Positions 26,579 through 37,033 of a DNA stretch of 46,688 bases are shown piece after piece. Within the stretch, counting starts at the first letter, position 1. The number at the start of each line of letters is the position of its first letter. Source of the stretch: Pseudomonadota bacterium (lineage in GTDB: Bacteria; Pseudomonadota; Alphaproteobacteria; Sphingomonadales; Sphingomonadaceae); assembly GCA_016781555.1 (NCBI GenBank), contig JADDQD010000182.1, positions 1 to 46,688 of the forward strand, in the 5' to 3' direction. Made by a program: the position numbers and the translations under genes. A model generated the notes under the pieces. The model saw only the letters and a program-made list of their open reading frames with translations, was not told the DNA's origin and did no database searches.

Positions 26579-29500
26579 GTGCCTAAAAGAACAGACATCT
26601 CCTCCGTCCTCATCATCGGCGCCGGCCCAATCGTCATCGGCCAGGCGGCGGAGTTCGATTATTCCGGAACGCAGGCCGTGAAGGTGCTGCGCGAGGAGGG
26701 ATATCGCACGATCCTCGTTAACTCGAATCCAGCCACGATCATGACCGATCCGGAGCTCGCCGACGCCACTTACGTGGAGCCGATTACGCCGGAGTTCGTG
26801 GCGAAGATCATCGAGAAGGAGCGGCCAGATGCCGTGCTTCCGACCATGGGGGGGCAGACGGCGCTCAACACGGCACTTGCGCTCTTCAAGGACGGGACGC
26901 TCGACCGTTACGGCGTGAAGCTGATCGGCGCCGACGCCGATGCCATCGAAAAAGCCGAGGACAGGCTGAAATTCCGCAACGCGATGGACAAGATCGGCCT
27001 CGCATCCCCCCGCTCTCAGATCGCGCACAGCCTGGACGAGGCGCTAAGCGCGCTGGAGGTGATCGGACTCCCATCGATCATTCGGCCCTCCTTCACGCTT
27101 GGCGGCACCGGTGGCGGCATCGCCTATAATCGCGAGGAATTCATTGCCATCGTCACGGGCGGGCTCGACGCCTCGCCGACCACGGAAGTGCTGATCGAGG
27201 AATCGGTGCTCGGCTGGAAGGAATATGAGATGGAGGTTGTTCGCGATCGCAACGACAATGCCATCATCATCTGCTCGATCGAGAATGTCGATCCCATGGG
27301 CGTCCATACCGGCGATTCGATCACCGTCGCGCCGGCGATGACGCTGACCGACAAGGAATATCAGATCATGCGCAACGCCTCGATCGCGGTGCTGCGCGAA
27401 ATCGGGGTCGAGACCGGCGGATCCAACGTCCAGTTCGCAGTCAATCCCGAGGACGGGCGGCTGGTCGTCATCGAGATGAATCCTCGGGTGTCACGTTCTT
27501 CGGCGCTCGCCTCCAAGGCCACCGGGTTCCCGATTGCCAAGATCGCGGCCAAGCTCGCCATCGGCTACACACTGGACGAGATCGGAAATGACATCACCGG
27601 ATGCACGCCGGCAAGTTTCGAGCCGACCATCGACTATGTCGTCACCAAAATCCCGCGCTTCACCTTCGAGAAGTTCAAGGGTGCGGAGCCGCTCCTTTCC
27701 ACCGCGATGAAATCGGTCGGAGAGGTGATGGCGATTGGTCGCAGCTTTCACGAAAGCTTGCAAAAGGCGCTGAGAGGTCTCGAGACCGGGCTCATCGGTC
27801 TCGATGGCATAAAGGCGCTCTATGGCGCGCCGCGTGCCGAGATCGAGGCGGCGCTTGCTCGCCCTACGCCCGACCGGCTGCTGGTTGCGGCGCAGGCGCT
27901 GCGCGAAGGGTTCAGCGTCGAGGAAGTGCACGCTATCGCCAAATATGATCCCTGGTTCCTCGAGCGGATCAGTGAGATCGTCCAGGCGGAGAACGCAATC
28001 TGCAGCGACGGACTTCCCAACGACGCTGTCGGGCTCCGTCGGCTGAAGGCGATGGGCTTTTCGGACCGGCGCCTGGCGGAGCTTGCACTCAAGGCGGCCA
28101 ACATCCGCGGCGACGCACACAAGATCCGCGCCCGAAGCCATGGCCTCATCCACGATGCCGTGAAGGCAATGGTCGGCGCGACCAGCGAAGAGGAGGTAAG
28201 GGCGCTTCGCCATCGGCTTGGTGTTCGCCCGGTCTTCAAGCGCATCGACACGGTTGCCGCGGAGTTCGCGGCGCGGACACCCTACATGTACTCGACCTAC
28301 GAGGCGCCCACCTTCGGAGAGCCCGAGGATGAAAGCCAGCCTTCCGATCGGCGCAAGGTGGTGATCTTGGGCGGAGGTCCCAACCGGATCGGGCAGGGTA
28401 TCGAATTCGATTATTGCTGCTGCCACGCCTGCTACGCACTCGAGGAAGCAGGTTTCGAAACCATCATGATCAACTGCAACCCAGAGACGGTTTCGACGGA
28501 TTACGATACGTCGGACCGGCTATACTTCGAGCCGCTTACCATTGAGGACGTGCTTGAGATCCTCCACGTGGAGCAATCAAGGGGCGAGCTGGTCGGGGTG
28601 ATTGTCCAGTTTGGCGGCCAGACGCCGCTGAAACTCGCCGCAGCACTGGAAAAAGCGGGCATACCGATCCTCGGCACGTCGCCAGACGCCATCGACCTTG
28701 CCGAAGACCGCGAGCGCTTTGCGGCCCTGGTCGATCGGCTCGGCCTCAAGCAGCCGCAAAACGGAATGGCGCGCAGCCGCGAGGAGGCGCTCGCCGTCGC
28801 CGAACGCATTGGCTATCCGGTGCTGACCCGCCCCAGCTACGTGCTGGGCGGGCGGGCTATGGAAATTGTCGACGGTCCGGCGCAGCTCGATGATTATATC
28901 GTAACCGCGGTACAGGTGTCAGGCGACAGCCCGGTGCTCATTGACCAATATTTGCGCGACGCGATCGAGGTCGACGTCGATGCAATTTCAGACGGCAAGG
29001 ACGTCGTGATCGCCGGGGTGATGCAGCATATCGAGGAAGCCGGAGTGCATTCCGGCGACAGTGCATGCTCGCTCCCGCCATACAGCCTCGAGCCGGCCAT
29101 AGTGCAGGAGATCGAGCGGCAGGCGCGTGCGCTTGCGCTCGCGTTGGGAGTGCGCGGCCTCATGAACGCGCAATTCGCGGTGAAGGATGGCGCGGTTTAT
29201 TTGATCGAGGTCAATCCGCGCGCGAGCCGCACCGTGCCGTTCGTCGCCAAGGCAATCGGAACTCCCGTAGCTAAAATTGCAGCACGCGTCATGGCTGGCG
29301 AGGACCTGATGAAGTTCCTGCCCATCCACCGCGACATCAAACACATTGCCGTCAAGGAGGCTGTGTTTCCGTTTGCGCGTTTCCCCGGCACCGACCCTGT
29401 GCTGTCGCCGGAAATGAAGTCAACCGGTGAGGTGATGGGGATCGAAGAAGATTTCGCCAAAGCTTACCTCAAGTCGCAGATCGGCGGCGGCGTGCGCCTG

Positions 29501-29920
29501 CCGAGCAACGGGACGCTGTTCGTGTCGGTCAAGGACAGCGACAAGTCGCTGATCGCGCCGCCGGTGCGCGCACTCGCCGAACTCGGCTTTCGCGTGATTG
29601 CGACTGGAGGGACGGCCGAATATCTTCGAAGCCAGGGGATCGACGTCGCGCAGGTGAATAAAGTGGCGCAGGGGCGGCCTCACGTCGTCGACAAGATCAA
29701 GGACGGCGAGGTCGACCTCATCTTCAACACCACCGAGGGCTGGCAGAGCCATAAGGACTCGGCCTCGATCCGCGGATCCGCGGTCATGCAGAAGGTGCCC
29801 TATTTCACCACCGCAGCATCGAGCGCCGCAGTGGTGCGCGCGATCGCGGCCCAGCGGGAGCACCACCTTGAAGTCCGTTCGCTTCAGAGCTATTATTCAT
29901 CCTCCCGAGCGATATCCTGA
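26579..29920 (+). CDS. carB: Carbamoyl-phosphate synthase large subunit
   Basis: [24 protein letters not shown], two ATP-grasp repeats ([11 protein letters not shown] and [10 protein letters not shown]) and C-terminal MGS-like domain. Confidence 0.99.
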   Translation: MPKRTDISSVLIIGAGPIVIGQAAEFDYSGTQAVKVLREEGYRTILVNSNPATIMTDPELADATYVEPITPEFVAKIIEKERPDAVLPTMGGQTALNTALALFKDGTLDRYGVKLIGADADAIEKAEDRLKFRNAMDKIGLASPRSQIAHSLDEALSALEVIGLPSIIRPSFTLGGTGGGIAYNREEFIAIVTGGLDASPTTEVLIEESVLGWKEYEMEVVRDRNDNAIIICSIENVDPMGVHTGDSITVAPAMTLTDKEYQIMRNASIAVLREIGVETGGSNVQFAVNPEDGRLVVIEMNPRVSRSSALASKATGFPIAKIAAKLAIGYTLDEIGNDITGCTPASFEPTIDYVVTKIPRFTFEKFKGAEPLLSTAMKSVGEVMAIGRSFHESLQKALRGLETGLIGLDGIKALYGAPRAEIEAALARPTPDRLLVAAQALREGFSVEEVHAIAKYDPWFLERISEIVQAENAICSDGLPNDAVGLRRLKAMGFSDRRLAELALKAANIRGDAHKIRARSHGLIHDAVKAMVGATSEEEVRALRHRLGVRPVFKRIDTVAAEFAARTPYMYSTYEAPTFGEPEDESQPSDRRKVVILGGGPNRIGQGIEFDYCCCHACYALEEAGFETIMINCNPETVSTDYDTSDRLYFEPLTIEDVLEILHVEQSRGELVGVIVQFGGQTPLKLAAALEKAGIPILGTSPDAIDLAEDRERFAALVDRLGLKQPQNGMARSREEALAVAERIGYPVLTRPSYVLGGRAMEIVDGPAQLDDYIVTAVQVSGDSPVLIDQYLRDAIEVDVDAISDGKDVVIAGVMQHIEEAGVHSGDSACSLPPYSLEPAIVQEIERQARALALALGVRGLMNAQFAVKDGAVYLIEVNPRASRTVPFVAKAIGTPVAKIAARVMAGEDLMKFLPIHRDIKHIAVKEAVFPFARFPGTDPVLSPEMKSTGEVMGIEEDFAKAYLKSQIGGGVRLPSNGTLFVSVKDSDKSLIAPPVRALAELGFRVIATGGTAEYLRSQGIDVAQVNKVAQGRPHVVDKIKDGEVDLIFNTTEGWQSHKDSASIRGSAVMQKVPYFTTAASSAAVVRAIAAQREHHLEVRSLQSYYSSSRAIS

Positions 29921-29988
29921 CAATCCAGCTCACATCAGCCGGTCTTTGCGAAGAGCGGCGAATCAGAAGTTTTGACGAAAGGCGAACG

Positions 29989-30468
29989 ATGGCGACGGTG
30001 GACAAGATGCCGATGCTGGCGGAAGGCTATCAATGGCTGCAGACCGAGGTTCGGCACCTGAAGACGGTGGAGCGTCCCGCGATCATCGATGCCATTGAGG
30101 AAGCCCGCGCGCACGGCGATCTCTCTGAGAATGCCGAATATCACGCCGCCAAGGAGCGGCAGGGCCAGGTTGAGGCGCAGATCGCCGACATCGAAGATCG
30201 CCTGAGCCGTGCAATGGTGATTGATCCGACCACCCTTTCAGGCGACAAGGTTGTGTTCGGCGCGACCGTTCACCTTCTCGATGAGAACGACAAGCCGGTG
30301 AAGTATCAGATCGTTGGCCAGACTGAGGCCGACGCCAAGGTCGGGCGGATCAGCTATTCGTCACCGCTTGGCCGAGCGCTGATCGGACGCAGTGTCGGCG
30401 ACGAGGTTGAAGTTTCCGCGCCTTCGGGTGACAAATATTATTCGATCGAAAAGGTGGAGTTCATCTGA
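29989..30468 (+). CDS. greA: Transcription elongation factor GreA
   Basis: [17 protein letters not shown] and [13 protein letters not shown]. Confidence 0.98.
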   Translation: MATVDKMPMLAEGYQWLQTEVRHLKTVERPAIIDAIEEARAHGDLSENAEYHAAKERQGQVEAQIADIEDRLSRAMVIDPTTLSGDKVVFGATVHLLDENDKPVKYQIVGQTEADAKVGRISYSSPLGRALIGRSVGDEVEVSAPSGDKYYSIEKVEFI

Positions 30469-30504
30469 TCTGCAGATTGCGGCGGATGACTTGCCTTCAC
30501 CAAT

Positions 30505-31146
30505 ATGCGTCCACCCGAAAACTGGCGCCATGCGCGCGTAACGCTTGCCATTGCAGCGCTTACTGCGGGCCTGTGGGCCCTTGTGGCTGGTCTCGGCATC
30601 GGTGATCTTGCCGCCCTCTGGGCCGGCTTCATCCCGGCGCGGGTCGACGGACTTTCGGGGGACCAGGTACTCGCACCCTTCTTTCTGACGCCGCTCACGG
30701 CGACCTTTGTGCATGCCGGGCTCGCCCACCTCTTCTTGAACCTGCTCATCCATCTTTTCTGTGGTCGGGCGGTCGAGACCATCATCGGTGGGCGGCAGCT
30801 GCTTATCCTTTACCTCGTCGGAGCTTACGCCGCTGCCGCTGCCCATTGGGGGATGGATCCGGCGGAGAAGATGCCGATGGTCGGCGCAAGCGGTGCGATT
30901 TCGGCAGTGCTAGGCGCTTACGCGATCATGTTTGGGCGCAACAAGGTGAGGGTCGCAAACCCGACATTGGCTTTGTGGCTAAATGCACTCTGGCTGGCTG
31001 CCGCCTGGGTGGTGCTCCAGCTGGTTGTCGGGGTGACCTTCGAGACGGTTGGCGCCCGCATCGCCATTGCCGCGCACATCGGTGGCTTCCTTGCGGGCCT
31101 TCTGCTCGCAAGGCCGCTTCTGCTCCTGCGCTATCGGAGAGCCTGA
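30505..31146 (+). CDS. Rhomboid intramembrane serine protease
   Basis: HAGLAHLFLN, GASGA (catalytic Ser), AHIGG (catalytic His) and multiple TM segments. Confidence 0.94.
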   Translation: MRPPENWRHARVTLAIAALTAGLWALVAGLGIGDLAALWAGFIPARVDGLSGDQVLAPFFLTPLTATFVHAGLAHLFLNLLIHLFCGRAVETIIGGRQLLILYLVGAYAAAAAHWGMDPAEKMPMVGASGAISAVLGAYAIMFGRNKVRVANPTLALWLNALWLAAAWVVLQLVVGVTFETVGARIAIAAHIGGFLAGLLLARPLLLLRYRRA

Positions 31147-31147
31147 A

Positions 31148-31372
31148 TCAGCCTTCGTCTCCGCCGAGCTGCGGCTCGAGCAGACGGTGGAGGTGGACGA
31201 CGACATACTTCATTTCGGCATCGTCGACGGTGCGCTGCGCGTTGGCGCGCCAAGCATCAAGCGCACTGGCATAATCCGGAAAAAGACCAACCACGTGAAC
31301 GGTGGAGAGGTCGAAGTCGACGCCCTGCGGATCCGTCACGCGTCCGCCGAAAACGAGATGAAGCTTGCTCAT
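31148..31372 (-). CDS. DUF4170-like small protein
   Basis: LHLVFGG...VGLFPDYASALDAWRANAQRTVD...HLHRLL, 74 aa. Confidence 0.85.
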   Translation of the reverse strand: MSKLHLVFGGRVTDPQGVDFDLSTVHVVGLFPDYASALDAWRANAQRTVDDAEMKYVVVHLHRLLEPQLGGDEG

Positions 31373-31761
31373 GGCGTCCGCCTAACAGGATCGCCGCTCG
31401 AGGTCCATCTGAGGGAGCGCCAAAAAGGTTGCGTTTCCGACGGCGGAGCCTGCCTCGAGCTTCGGGGTCGCTGCGTCTAGTGAGACAGTTTTACGTTGGC
31501 AGCGACGGCGTGAAGGCCAACGGAAAATCCTCCCGCCGCGGGTGCGGGTCAATCCGGCAAAATCCTTTTGGCGCGGAGTAACCTTCACGCTGCCTTTCCC
31601 GAATGGGCTCCTGCGCAATCAGCTGGAGCGGCCGTGCACGACATCGTCAAGGAACCCAACGGGCAGCAGTTGCAGACCTCTCTCCCGGCGCACACCTCAA
31701 GCCGGGCGGGGACGCGATCAACCGACTGCGTCGCCATGTCCTTGTGGCAGGCCAACTGAGC

Positions 31762-32856
31762 ATGTTGTGGGTCATTGCGACGGCTGCGCTGTTCCTCGCT
31801 TTCAGCAATGGTGCCAACGACAATTTCAAGGGCTTCGCCACCGTCTGGGGCGCGCACGCGCTGAGTTACCGGAATGCCCTGTTTATCGCGACTGCCGCCA
31901 CGATCGCGGGAAGCATTTTCTCGTTGCTGCTGGCAGGAGAGCTGGTCCGAGCATTTTCCGGCGCCGGTCTCGTGCCCGACGATACAGCGGCCGCGCCGCA
32001 CTTCCTGGCCGCAGTGGCAATAGGCGCGTCAATAACGGTGATTACCGCGACGCGAACCGGCCTTCCAATCTCGACCACCCATGCGCTTTTGGGCGCCATG
32101 ATCGGCGCAGGCTTGGCCGCTTCGGGTAGCAGCCTTGACCTGCATCACCTTGGCAACAAGTTCGTTCTTCCACTGCTCCTCAGCCCGGTGCTCGCTGCAG
32201 CTTGCGGCATGCTCGTCTACAAGGCTCTGCAGCGTCGGCGAAACGGTGCGGACTGCTTCTGCTTGGTTGAAGGCGCAGCCTTGCCGCAAACCGCAGGGAA
32301 GGGCACCCTCGCGCTGCAGAATAGCTTGGATTTGCCGTCTCTCGTGATCGCCTCGGAGCAAAGCTGCGACAGCATCGCAGATCCGAGAGCGCGTTTGTCA
32401 CTATCCACGTTCCTGGATCGTGCGCACATCTTCTCGGCCGCGACCATCTGCTTTGCGCGCAGTGTCAACGATACGCCAAAGCTTGCGACTTTGCTCGTAG
32501 GCGCTCAGCTTTCCGGATTGTCTTCGATGGTGCTGGTTGCTGCGGCAATGGCGGTTGGAGGCCTCATTCTGGCGCGGCGGGTGGCCGAAACGATGAGCCA
32601 CCGTTTGAATAGCATGGATGCGAGGCAAGGCGTTTCGGCCAACCTCATAACGGCAGGGTTCGTTCTCCTGGCGAGCAAATATGGGCTTCCCGTGTCGACG
32701 ACCCACGTATCCGTCGGGTCCATTGCCGGCGTGGGCTTCGGCGCGGGCACGACGAACTGGAGCGTTCTTCGGAACGTTCTCCTTTCTTGGGCCGCGACCC
32801 TGCCACTGGCGGCCTCCGCGGCATGGCTTGCCGCAATGACGCTCATGGCCTGGTGA
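31762..32856 (+). CDS. Inorganic phosphate/sulfate transporter, PiT family
   Basis: NGAND signature, GLPISTTH, second repeat ARSVNDTPK and GLPVSTTH. Cys-containing central loop. Start set at MLWVIA. Confidence 0.9.
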   Translation: MLWVIATAALFLAFSNGANDNFKGFATVWGAHALSYRNALFIATAATIAGSIFSLLLAGELVRAFSGAGLVPDDTAAAPHFLAAVAIGASITVITATRTGLPISTTHALLGAMIGAGLAASGSSLDLHHLGNKFVLPLLLSPVLAAACGMLVYKALQRRRNGADCFCLVEGAALPQTAGKGTLALQNSLDLPSLVIASEQSCDSIADPRARLSLSTFLDRAHIFSAATICFARSVNDTPKLATLLVGAQLSGLSSMVLVAAAMAVGGLILARRVAETMSHRLNSMDARQGVSANLITAGFVLLASKYGLPVSTTHVSVGSIAGVGFGAGTTNWSVLRNVLLSWAATLPLAASAAWLAAMTLMAW

Positions 32857-32981
32857 CATGAACACCGGCCAGCCCGTCGGCCTGGCGGAACGCCAGTGAC
32901 GGGTCAGGACCGGCGCCCGCCCGGCCCGTCGGCCAGGCTGGGTCGATGGCTACACTGAGCTCCGCGCCGAAGCTTTCGGCC

Positions 32982-34739
32982 TCAGATCAACTCGCGGATC
33001 TGGTCTGCGGCGAGCGTTCGCCCGATCTTTCCTCCATCCGCAGTTCCCTTGAGGAGCGCCCGGGCGAGGTGAAGCGCCTGATCAACCTCGACCGCCGGCG
33101 GCATTGGCGGCTCGTATGGATCGACGACCGCTTCAACGAGGCATGGGCCCATGAAATCGAACGCTTGCCCCAGCCGCTCGGCGCAATGCGCTGGATCCTC
33201 GATCCGGATGCCTTGCACGCCGCAACCTTCAGCGATCTTGGCGAAGTCAATCGGTTCGAGAGCTACCCCAAATTCGGGATTGCCGAGCTCGCCGACCTGC
33301 TCCCACTTTATCATGCCGAGGCTGTCGTTCCTGATGACCACGATTTTCACGTTCAGATCATATTTGCGGAGCGTCGCCAGGTCGCCCATCAGCATGCTAA
33401 GGCCGCCATCGCCTACCACCGCCACGACCTGTCGGTCCGGGTAGGCGATTGCAGCTCCAATGGCATAGGGCAAGCCGCAGGCCATGGACGCGAGCGTCCC
33501 CGAGCAGCTGAACATCTGCTGGCCGCGCATTTGCACGTGACGCGCTGTCCAGGCAGTGTTGGTTCCCGTATCGGCGATGATGATCGCGTCATCGGCGAGC
33601 AGCTCGCTGAGCTCATGCACGACCACCTGCGGCTTGATCGGGACGGCGCTTCTGGTGCCACGGTCGGCCATCAGTTCGCGCCATTTGCCCATAGCTTTCT
33701 GAGCTTGTTCCAGGAACGAACGGTTAGACTTGCGCTGCACCCTTTCGGACAGGGCTCGCAACGCGTGGGCGCTGTCGCCGACGAGGCCTGCTTCCACGGG
33801 ATAGCGGAGGCCAATCCGCTGTGGATCAAGGTCGATCTGCACCGCGCGAGCATCGCCCGGCTGCGGATAATATTCGATGTAGGGGAAGGTCGACCCGACG
33901 ATCAGCAGGGTATCGCAATTCTTCAGCCCCTCTTGCGAAGGCCTTGTTCCCAACAAGCCCACTCCTCCGGTGGCGAAGGAACTGTCGTCGGGAATGGCGC
34001 CTTTCCCCAGCAGCGCCATGCCGACCGGTGCCCCCAGCTTGTCCGCGAGCTCCAGCAGCTCTTCCCGAGCTCCCAAAGCGCCACGCCCGGCAAGGATAAA
34101 AACGTTGCTACCTGCGTCGAGAATTTCGGCCGCACGCTTCAGCTCGCGCTCGTCGGGCAAGTGCCCGCCGCGGGCCATCAGGTTCGAAACGTGCTCGGTA
34201 ACATTGCGCTCGGAGCGGGCTGCCCGCTTCAGCGGCATCTGCTGGACGTCAATCGGGATCGTGACGTGGGTTGGCGTCCGGTACGCGAGCGCGGTGCGAC
34301 AGGCGAGCTCAACCACATTCTCGACATGCGCCGGGCCCATGATGCGGGTACTGTAGGCACAGGCGTCGGCGAAAAGCTTATCGAGCTCGACGTCCTGCTG
34401 TGTGAAAGTGCTCAGAAGGTCGTGGTATTGAAGCCCCGTGATAGCGAGCACCGGGACATGATCGAGCTTGGCATCGTAGAGGCCGTTCAGAAGATGGATG
34501 CCGCCGGGTCCTGAAGTGGCAAGGCAAACGCCGAGGCGGCCGGTAAACTTGGCGTATCCCACCGCAGCGAAGGCAGCTGCTTCTTCGTGCCGCACCTGAA
34601 TGAAGCGGATTTCTTCCTGCCGGGTGCGGAGTGCCTCCATGATCCCGTTTATGCCGTCTCCGGGCATTCCAAAGATGACGGAGACGCCCCAATCGACCAA
34701 TGTGTCGACCAACAGGTCGGCAGCGGTGGTGGCAGCCAT
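32982..34739 (-). CDS. Thiamine-pyrophosphate enzyme, pyruvate oxidase/dehydrogenase (PoxB-like)
   Basis: FGMPGDGIN, VRHEEAAAF, TSGPGGIHLLNGLYDAKLD and TPP motif GDGG...RND. GAGGAG RBS before ATG 34739. Confidence 0.92.
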   Translation of the reverse strand: MAATTAADLLVDTLVDWGVSVIFGMPGDGINGIMEALRTRQEEIRFIQVRHEEAAAFAAVGYAKFTGRLGVCLATSGPGGIHLLNGLYDAKLDHVPVLAITGLQYHDLLSTFTQQDVELDKLFADACAYSTRIMGPAHVENVVELACRTALAYRTPTHVTIPIDVQQMPLKRAARSERNVTEHVSNLMARGGHLPDERELKRAAEILDAGSNVFILAGRGALGAREELLELADKLGAPVGMALLGKGAIPDDSSFATGGVGLLGTRPSQEGLKNCDTLLIVGSTFPYIEYYPQPGDARAVQIDLDPQRIGLRYPVEAGLVGDSAHALRALSERVQRKSNRSFLEQAQKAMGKWRELMADRGTRSAVPIKPQVVVHELSELLADDAIIIADTGTNTAWTARHVQMRGQQMFSCSGTLASMACGLPYAIGAAIAYPDRQVVAVVGDGGLSMLMGDLATLRKYDLNVKIVVIRNDSLGMIKWEQVGELGNPEFGVALEPIDFAKIAEGCGVQGIRIEDPAHCAERLGQAFDFMGPCLVEAVVDPYEPPMPPAVEVDQALHLARALLKGTADGGKIGRTLAADQIRELI

Positions 34740-34904
34740 GCTTTCACTCCTCGTCTCAATGGGAGGCTGCCGCTGCGGGTGGCCGATCACCCACTTCTCG
34801 GCGGCTTGCGAGCGCAAAAGCTTCAGCGGCCGGCGCCGAAACCCGGATTCGCGCATCCTGGCGAGCGGATGCCGCAGATCGGCCCGAGACAGGGTCGGAC
34901 GAGA

Positions 34905-34930
34905 AGGCCCGACGCAGCAGCGCCGGGCCT
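34905..34930 (-). terminator. GC-rich hairpin after the four-gene stress operon
   Basis: Minus strand AGGCCCGGCGC-TGCT-GCGTCGGGCCT, 11-bp stem with one G-U pair, 7 nt after the stop codon. Weak U-tract. Confidence 0.55.
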
Positions 34931-34936
34931 GTTTCT

Positions 34937-35410
34937 TCACTGGTTCTGCGCGCCTTCGCCGGACACCACCGCCTGCACCACGGCACCGCCGACCTTCGCC
35001 ATTGCGTTGGACGTGAGCTCGTTTACCTGTTGCCGACCCGTTTCCACAGCCGTGTTCGCGGCCTCCCGTGCTGCATCCGTAACTTTGTGCCCGACGCCGC
35101 CCAGCGTCTGCAGTTCGCGCTCGGTGCGGGGAAGAATAGCCCCCAAAATTGCGCCGACGGCCAATCCGCCGGCCACCGCCACGATCGGGTTGGTTTCAAC
35201 CCGCTGCGCCGTCTGACGGGTGGCGCTGCTTGCCCGCTCACGGGCGGATTCGTACGCGGCGCTGGTCCGTTCGCGGGCTGTGCTATAGGCCTCGCTGGCG
35301 CGAGTTCGTGCCCCACCAAGGGCTTCACGAACGCGAGCGGTCGTCGCTGCATCCGCGCCGTTTCCGCTGGCGGTCTGAGTATCATTTTCGGATTCTGTTC
35401 TGGTAGCCAT
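34937..35410 (-). CDS. ElaB/YqjD (DUF883)-like membrane-anchored protein
   Basis: Helical repeats followed by VETNPIVAVAGGLAVGAILGAILPRT. Confidence 0.75.
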   Translation of the reverse strand: MATRTESENDTQTASGNGADAATTARVREALGGARTRASEAYSTARERTSAAYESARERASSATRQTAQRVETNPIVAVAGGLAVGAILGAILPRTERELQTLGGVGHKVTDAAREAANTAVETGRQQVNELTSNAMAKVGGAVVQAVVSGEGAQNQ

Positions 35411-35414
35411 CAAT

Positions 35415-35846
35415 TCACTCCTTGATTGTTCGACCTGGCACCGTTGGAGCGGTCAGGTCATAATTTTCATCACCATTGACCAGCTTGGTCCTGACGATCC
35501 CTTTGTCCTCCCGGCGCATGAACATCCACGAGGCGGCGCGCCGAAGCTGGCCGCGGCCTAGGAAGAGCAACGCGGCTGCCGCGATGCCCGAGGCGGCGAC
35601 CGGCCGGGTTCGTGCTGCCTGAACGGCACCGTCAGCCAGGCCGTTCACTGCATGCAGTGCCTCGTCGGCGGCCTCGCTGCTCTTTTCACGAACGCCTTCC
35701 CACGCGTTATTGACCAAGGTGCCCGGCTTCAGCCGGTGCTGAAGCGCACCCATGGTGGAGGCGAACCTCTTCTTGGCTTGCTCAACCTCATATTGGGCCC
35801 TTTCGAGCTGCATCGCCGGACCCTGAGCGGCACGTTTCTTGTTCAT
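35415..35846 (-). CDS. DUF3618-like protein
   Basis: EVEQAKKRFASTMGALQHRLKPGTL followed by RPVAASGIAAAALLFL. ATGA overlap with the upstream gene. Confidence 0.75.
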   Translation of the reverse strand: MNKKRAAQGPAMQLERAQYEVEQAKKRFASTMGALQHRLKPGTLVNNAWEGVREKSSEAADEALHAVNGLADGAVQAARTRPVAASGIAAAALLFLGRGQLRRAASWMFMRREDKGIVRTKLVNGDENYDLTAPTVPGRTIKE

Positions 35847-36241
35847 GCGCGCTGCTCCCCGGCCTTGAGAGCCGCTTTCTCCTCCTTGTCGCCGCTGAGA
35901 GCCGCCAGCTTGCCGGCTGCGGAGCGGACGATCAGAAAACTGATCCCGCCCGTGACCGCAAGGACCACCAGGCCCGCCGCGACGGGCCCGATCAGATCCG
36001 CCAGGCCCATCACCAGCCCAACGAAGAACGCGACCAACGCGGCATTGAGGAGGAAGACAACAGCGACGATCGCAACAAGGCCGTTCTTGGCCTTGTTGGC
36101 TCGATAGGCCGCAATCTGTTTGTAGAGGTTGATCTCCGCGCCAACGAGATTGCGCCCCTCATCGATCATCTCGTGAAACAGATCCGCGATCGTTGCGTCC
36201 GCAGGATCATCCGGCCGTGGAGTCTGCACGCGCGCGTCCAT
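35843..36241 (-). CDS. YqjE-like / 'phage holin family' two-TM membrane protein
   Basis: TIADLFHEMIDEGRNLVGAEINLYK followed by two hydrophobic helices. Confidence 0.8.
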   Translation of the reverse strand: MDARVQTPRPDDPADATIADLFHEMIDEGRNLVGAEINLYKQIAAYRANKAKNGLVAIVAVVFLLNAALVAFFVGLVMGLADLIGPVAAGLVVLAVTGGISFLIVRSAAGKLAALSGDKEEKAALKAGEQRA

Positions 36242-36243
36242 GA

Positions 36244-36993
36244 TCAGCCGCTGGTGCCAGTGGTGCCGCCACCCGCGGACGCACCGGCTCGGCCGCCGCC
36301 AGAGCCTTCGGAGCCGGCCCCGCCACCGTCGGCAGGCATCCCCGCCTTGACGACGCGCATCAGCGCGAAGCCGAGAACGGCGGCCGTGCCAATCGCAATT
36401 CCTGGGCTCTTCCGAACCGTCGAGCGGGTGACGTCAACCAGCTCATCCACACTCTTATCGCGCAGGCTCTGCGTGAAAGACGACACGGCATCAGCCGCAC
36501 GATGGGCATATTGGCCATATTGATCGCCGAGCCGAGCATCCACCGATCGAGCGGCATCGTTGATGATTTCGGTGAGGTTATCCAGTGTGGCGGTGACCCG
36601 CTCCTTGCCGGTGTCAGCGTACTGGTAAGCCTTATCGGTGGCTTGACTGCGCAAGGACGTTACCTGCTCCCTGACCTGGCCGACGAGTTTGTCGGCGGCG
36701 CCGCTAACCGCCGAGCCGCCGCCGGACTGAGATTTCGCTCCTGTCGTCGAGCCGCCGGCTCCACCAGCGAGCGTCCCACCCGTATCATTGCCTCCGCCGC
36801 CACCGCTGGCCACGAAGCCGGAAGCTGCGCCCGCATCACCCGCGGCACTGCCGGCCGAAGTCGTGCTGCCGCCCGGAGCCCCACTACTGCCGCCCGTGGA
36901 GCCCGTGCTGGCGCCAGTACCGACGCCGGTCTCCATCGCGCCATTGATGATATGATCCGTTCCTTCGGGCAGTCCCGGGGTTCGAGCTGGCAT
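36244..36993 (-). CDS. Gly/Ser-rich YqjD-like stress protein
   Basis: Low-complexity N-terminus, helical core, then VRKSPGIAIGTAAVLGFALMRVVK anchor. TGGAGG RBS. Confidence 0.8.
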   Translation of the reverse strand: MPARTPGLPEGTDHIINGAMETGVGTGASTGSTGGSSGAPGGSTTSAGSAAGDAGAASGFVASGGGGGNDTGGTLAGGAGGSTTGAKSQSGGGSAVSGAADKLVGQVREQVTSLRSQATDKAYQYADTGKERVTATLDNLTEIINDAARSVDARLGDQYGQYAHRAADAVSSFTQSLRDKSVDELVDVTRSTVRKSPGIAIGTAAVLGFALMRVVKAGMPADGGGAGSEGSGGGRAGASAGGGTTGTSG

Positions 36994-37033
36994 GCGTTCC
37001 TCCAATGGTGGGTGGATGTTGATCAACCGGAGT

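Noticed and set aside
28080-28200. Insertion in CarB ([26 protein letters not shown])
   Set aside because: It is in frame with no intein or repeat features. As I recall, it is a lineage-typical sphingomonad insertion.
31568-31759. 63-aa ORF immediately upstream of PiT
   Set aside because: TTG start with no clear RBS or family motif, and it overlaps the structured element. I cannot support it as a gene.
32854-32910. TGA stop of PiT followed by a hairpin as a SECIS/selenocysteine read-through signal
   Set aside because: The stop falls where PiT proteins normally end, and the read-through peptide is uninformative Arg/Pro-rich sequence.
34740-34940. 67-aa in-frame N-terminal extension of the PoxB-like ORF starting at a GTG that overlaps the upstream stop
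   Set aside because: It runs through a terminator-like hairpin and has Arg-rich, non-coding-like composition. A strong GAGGAG RBS marks ATG 34739.
35843-36241. 'Phage holin' as evidence of a prophage or lysis cassette
   Set aside because: There are no endolysin, structural or integrase genes. The context matches a yqjDEK-like stress operon.
36700-36930. Repetitive GC-rich stretch as a tandem repeat array or CRISPR
   Set aside because: It encodes the Gly/Ser/Ala low-complexity region of a protein, with no constant-length repeat-spacer pattern.
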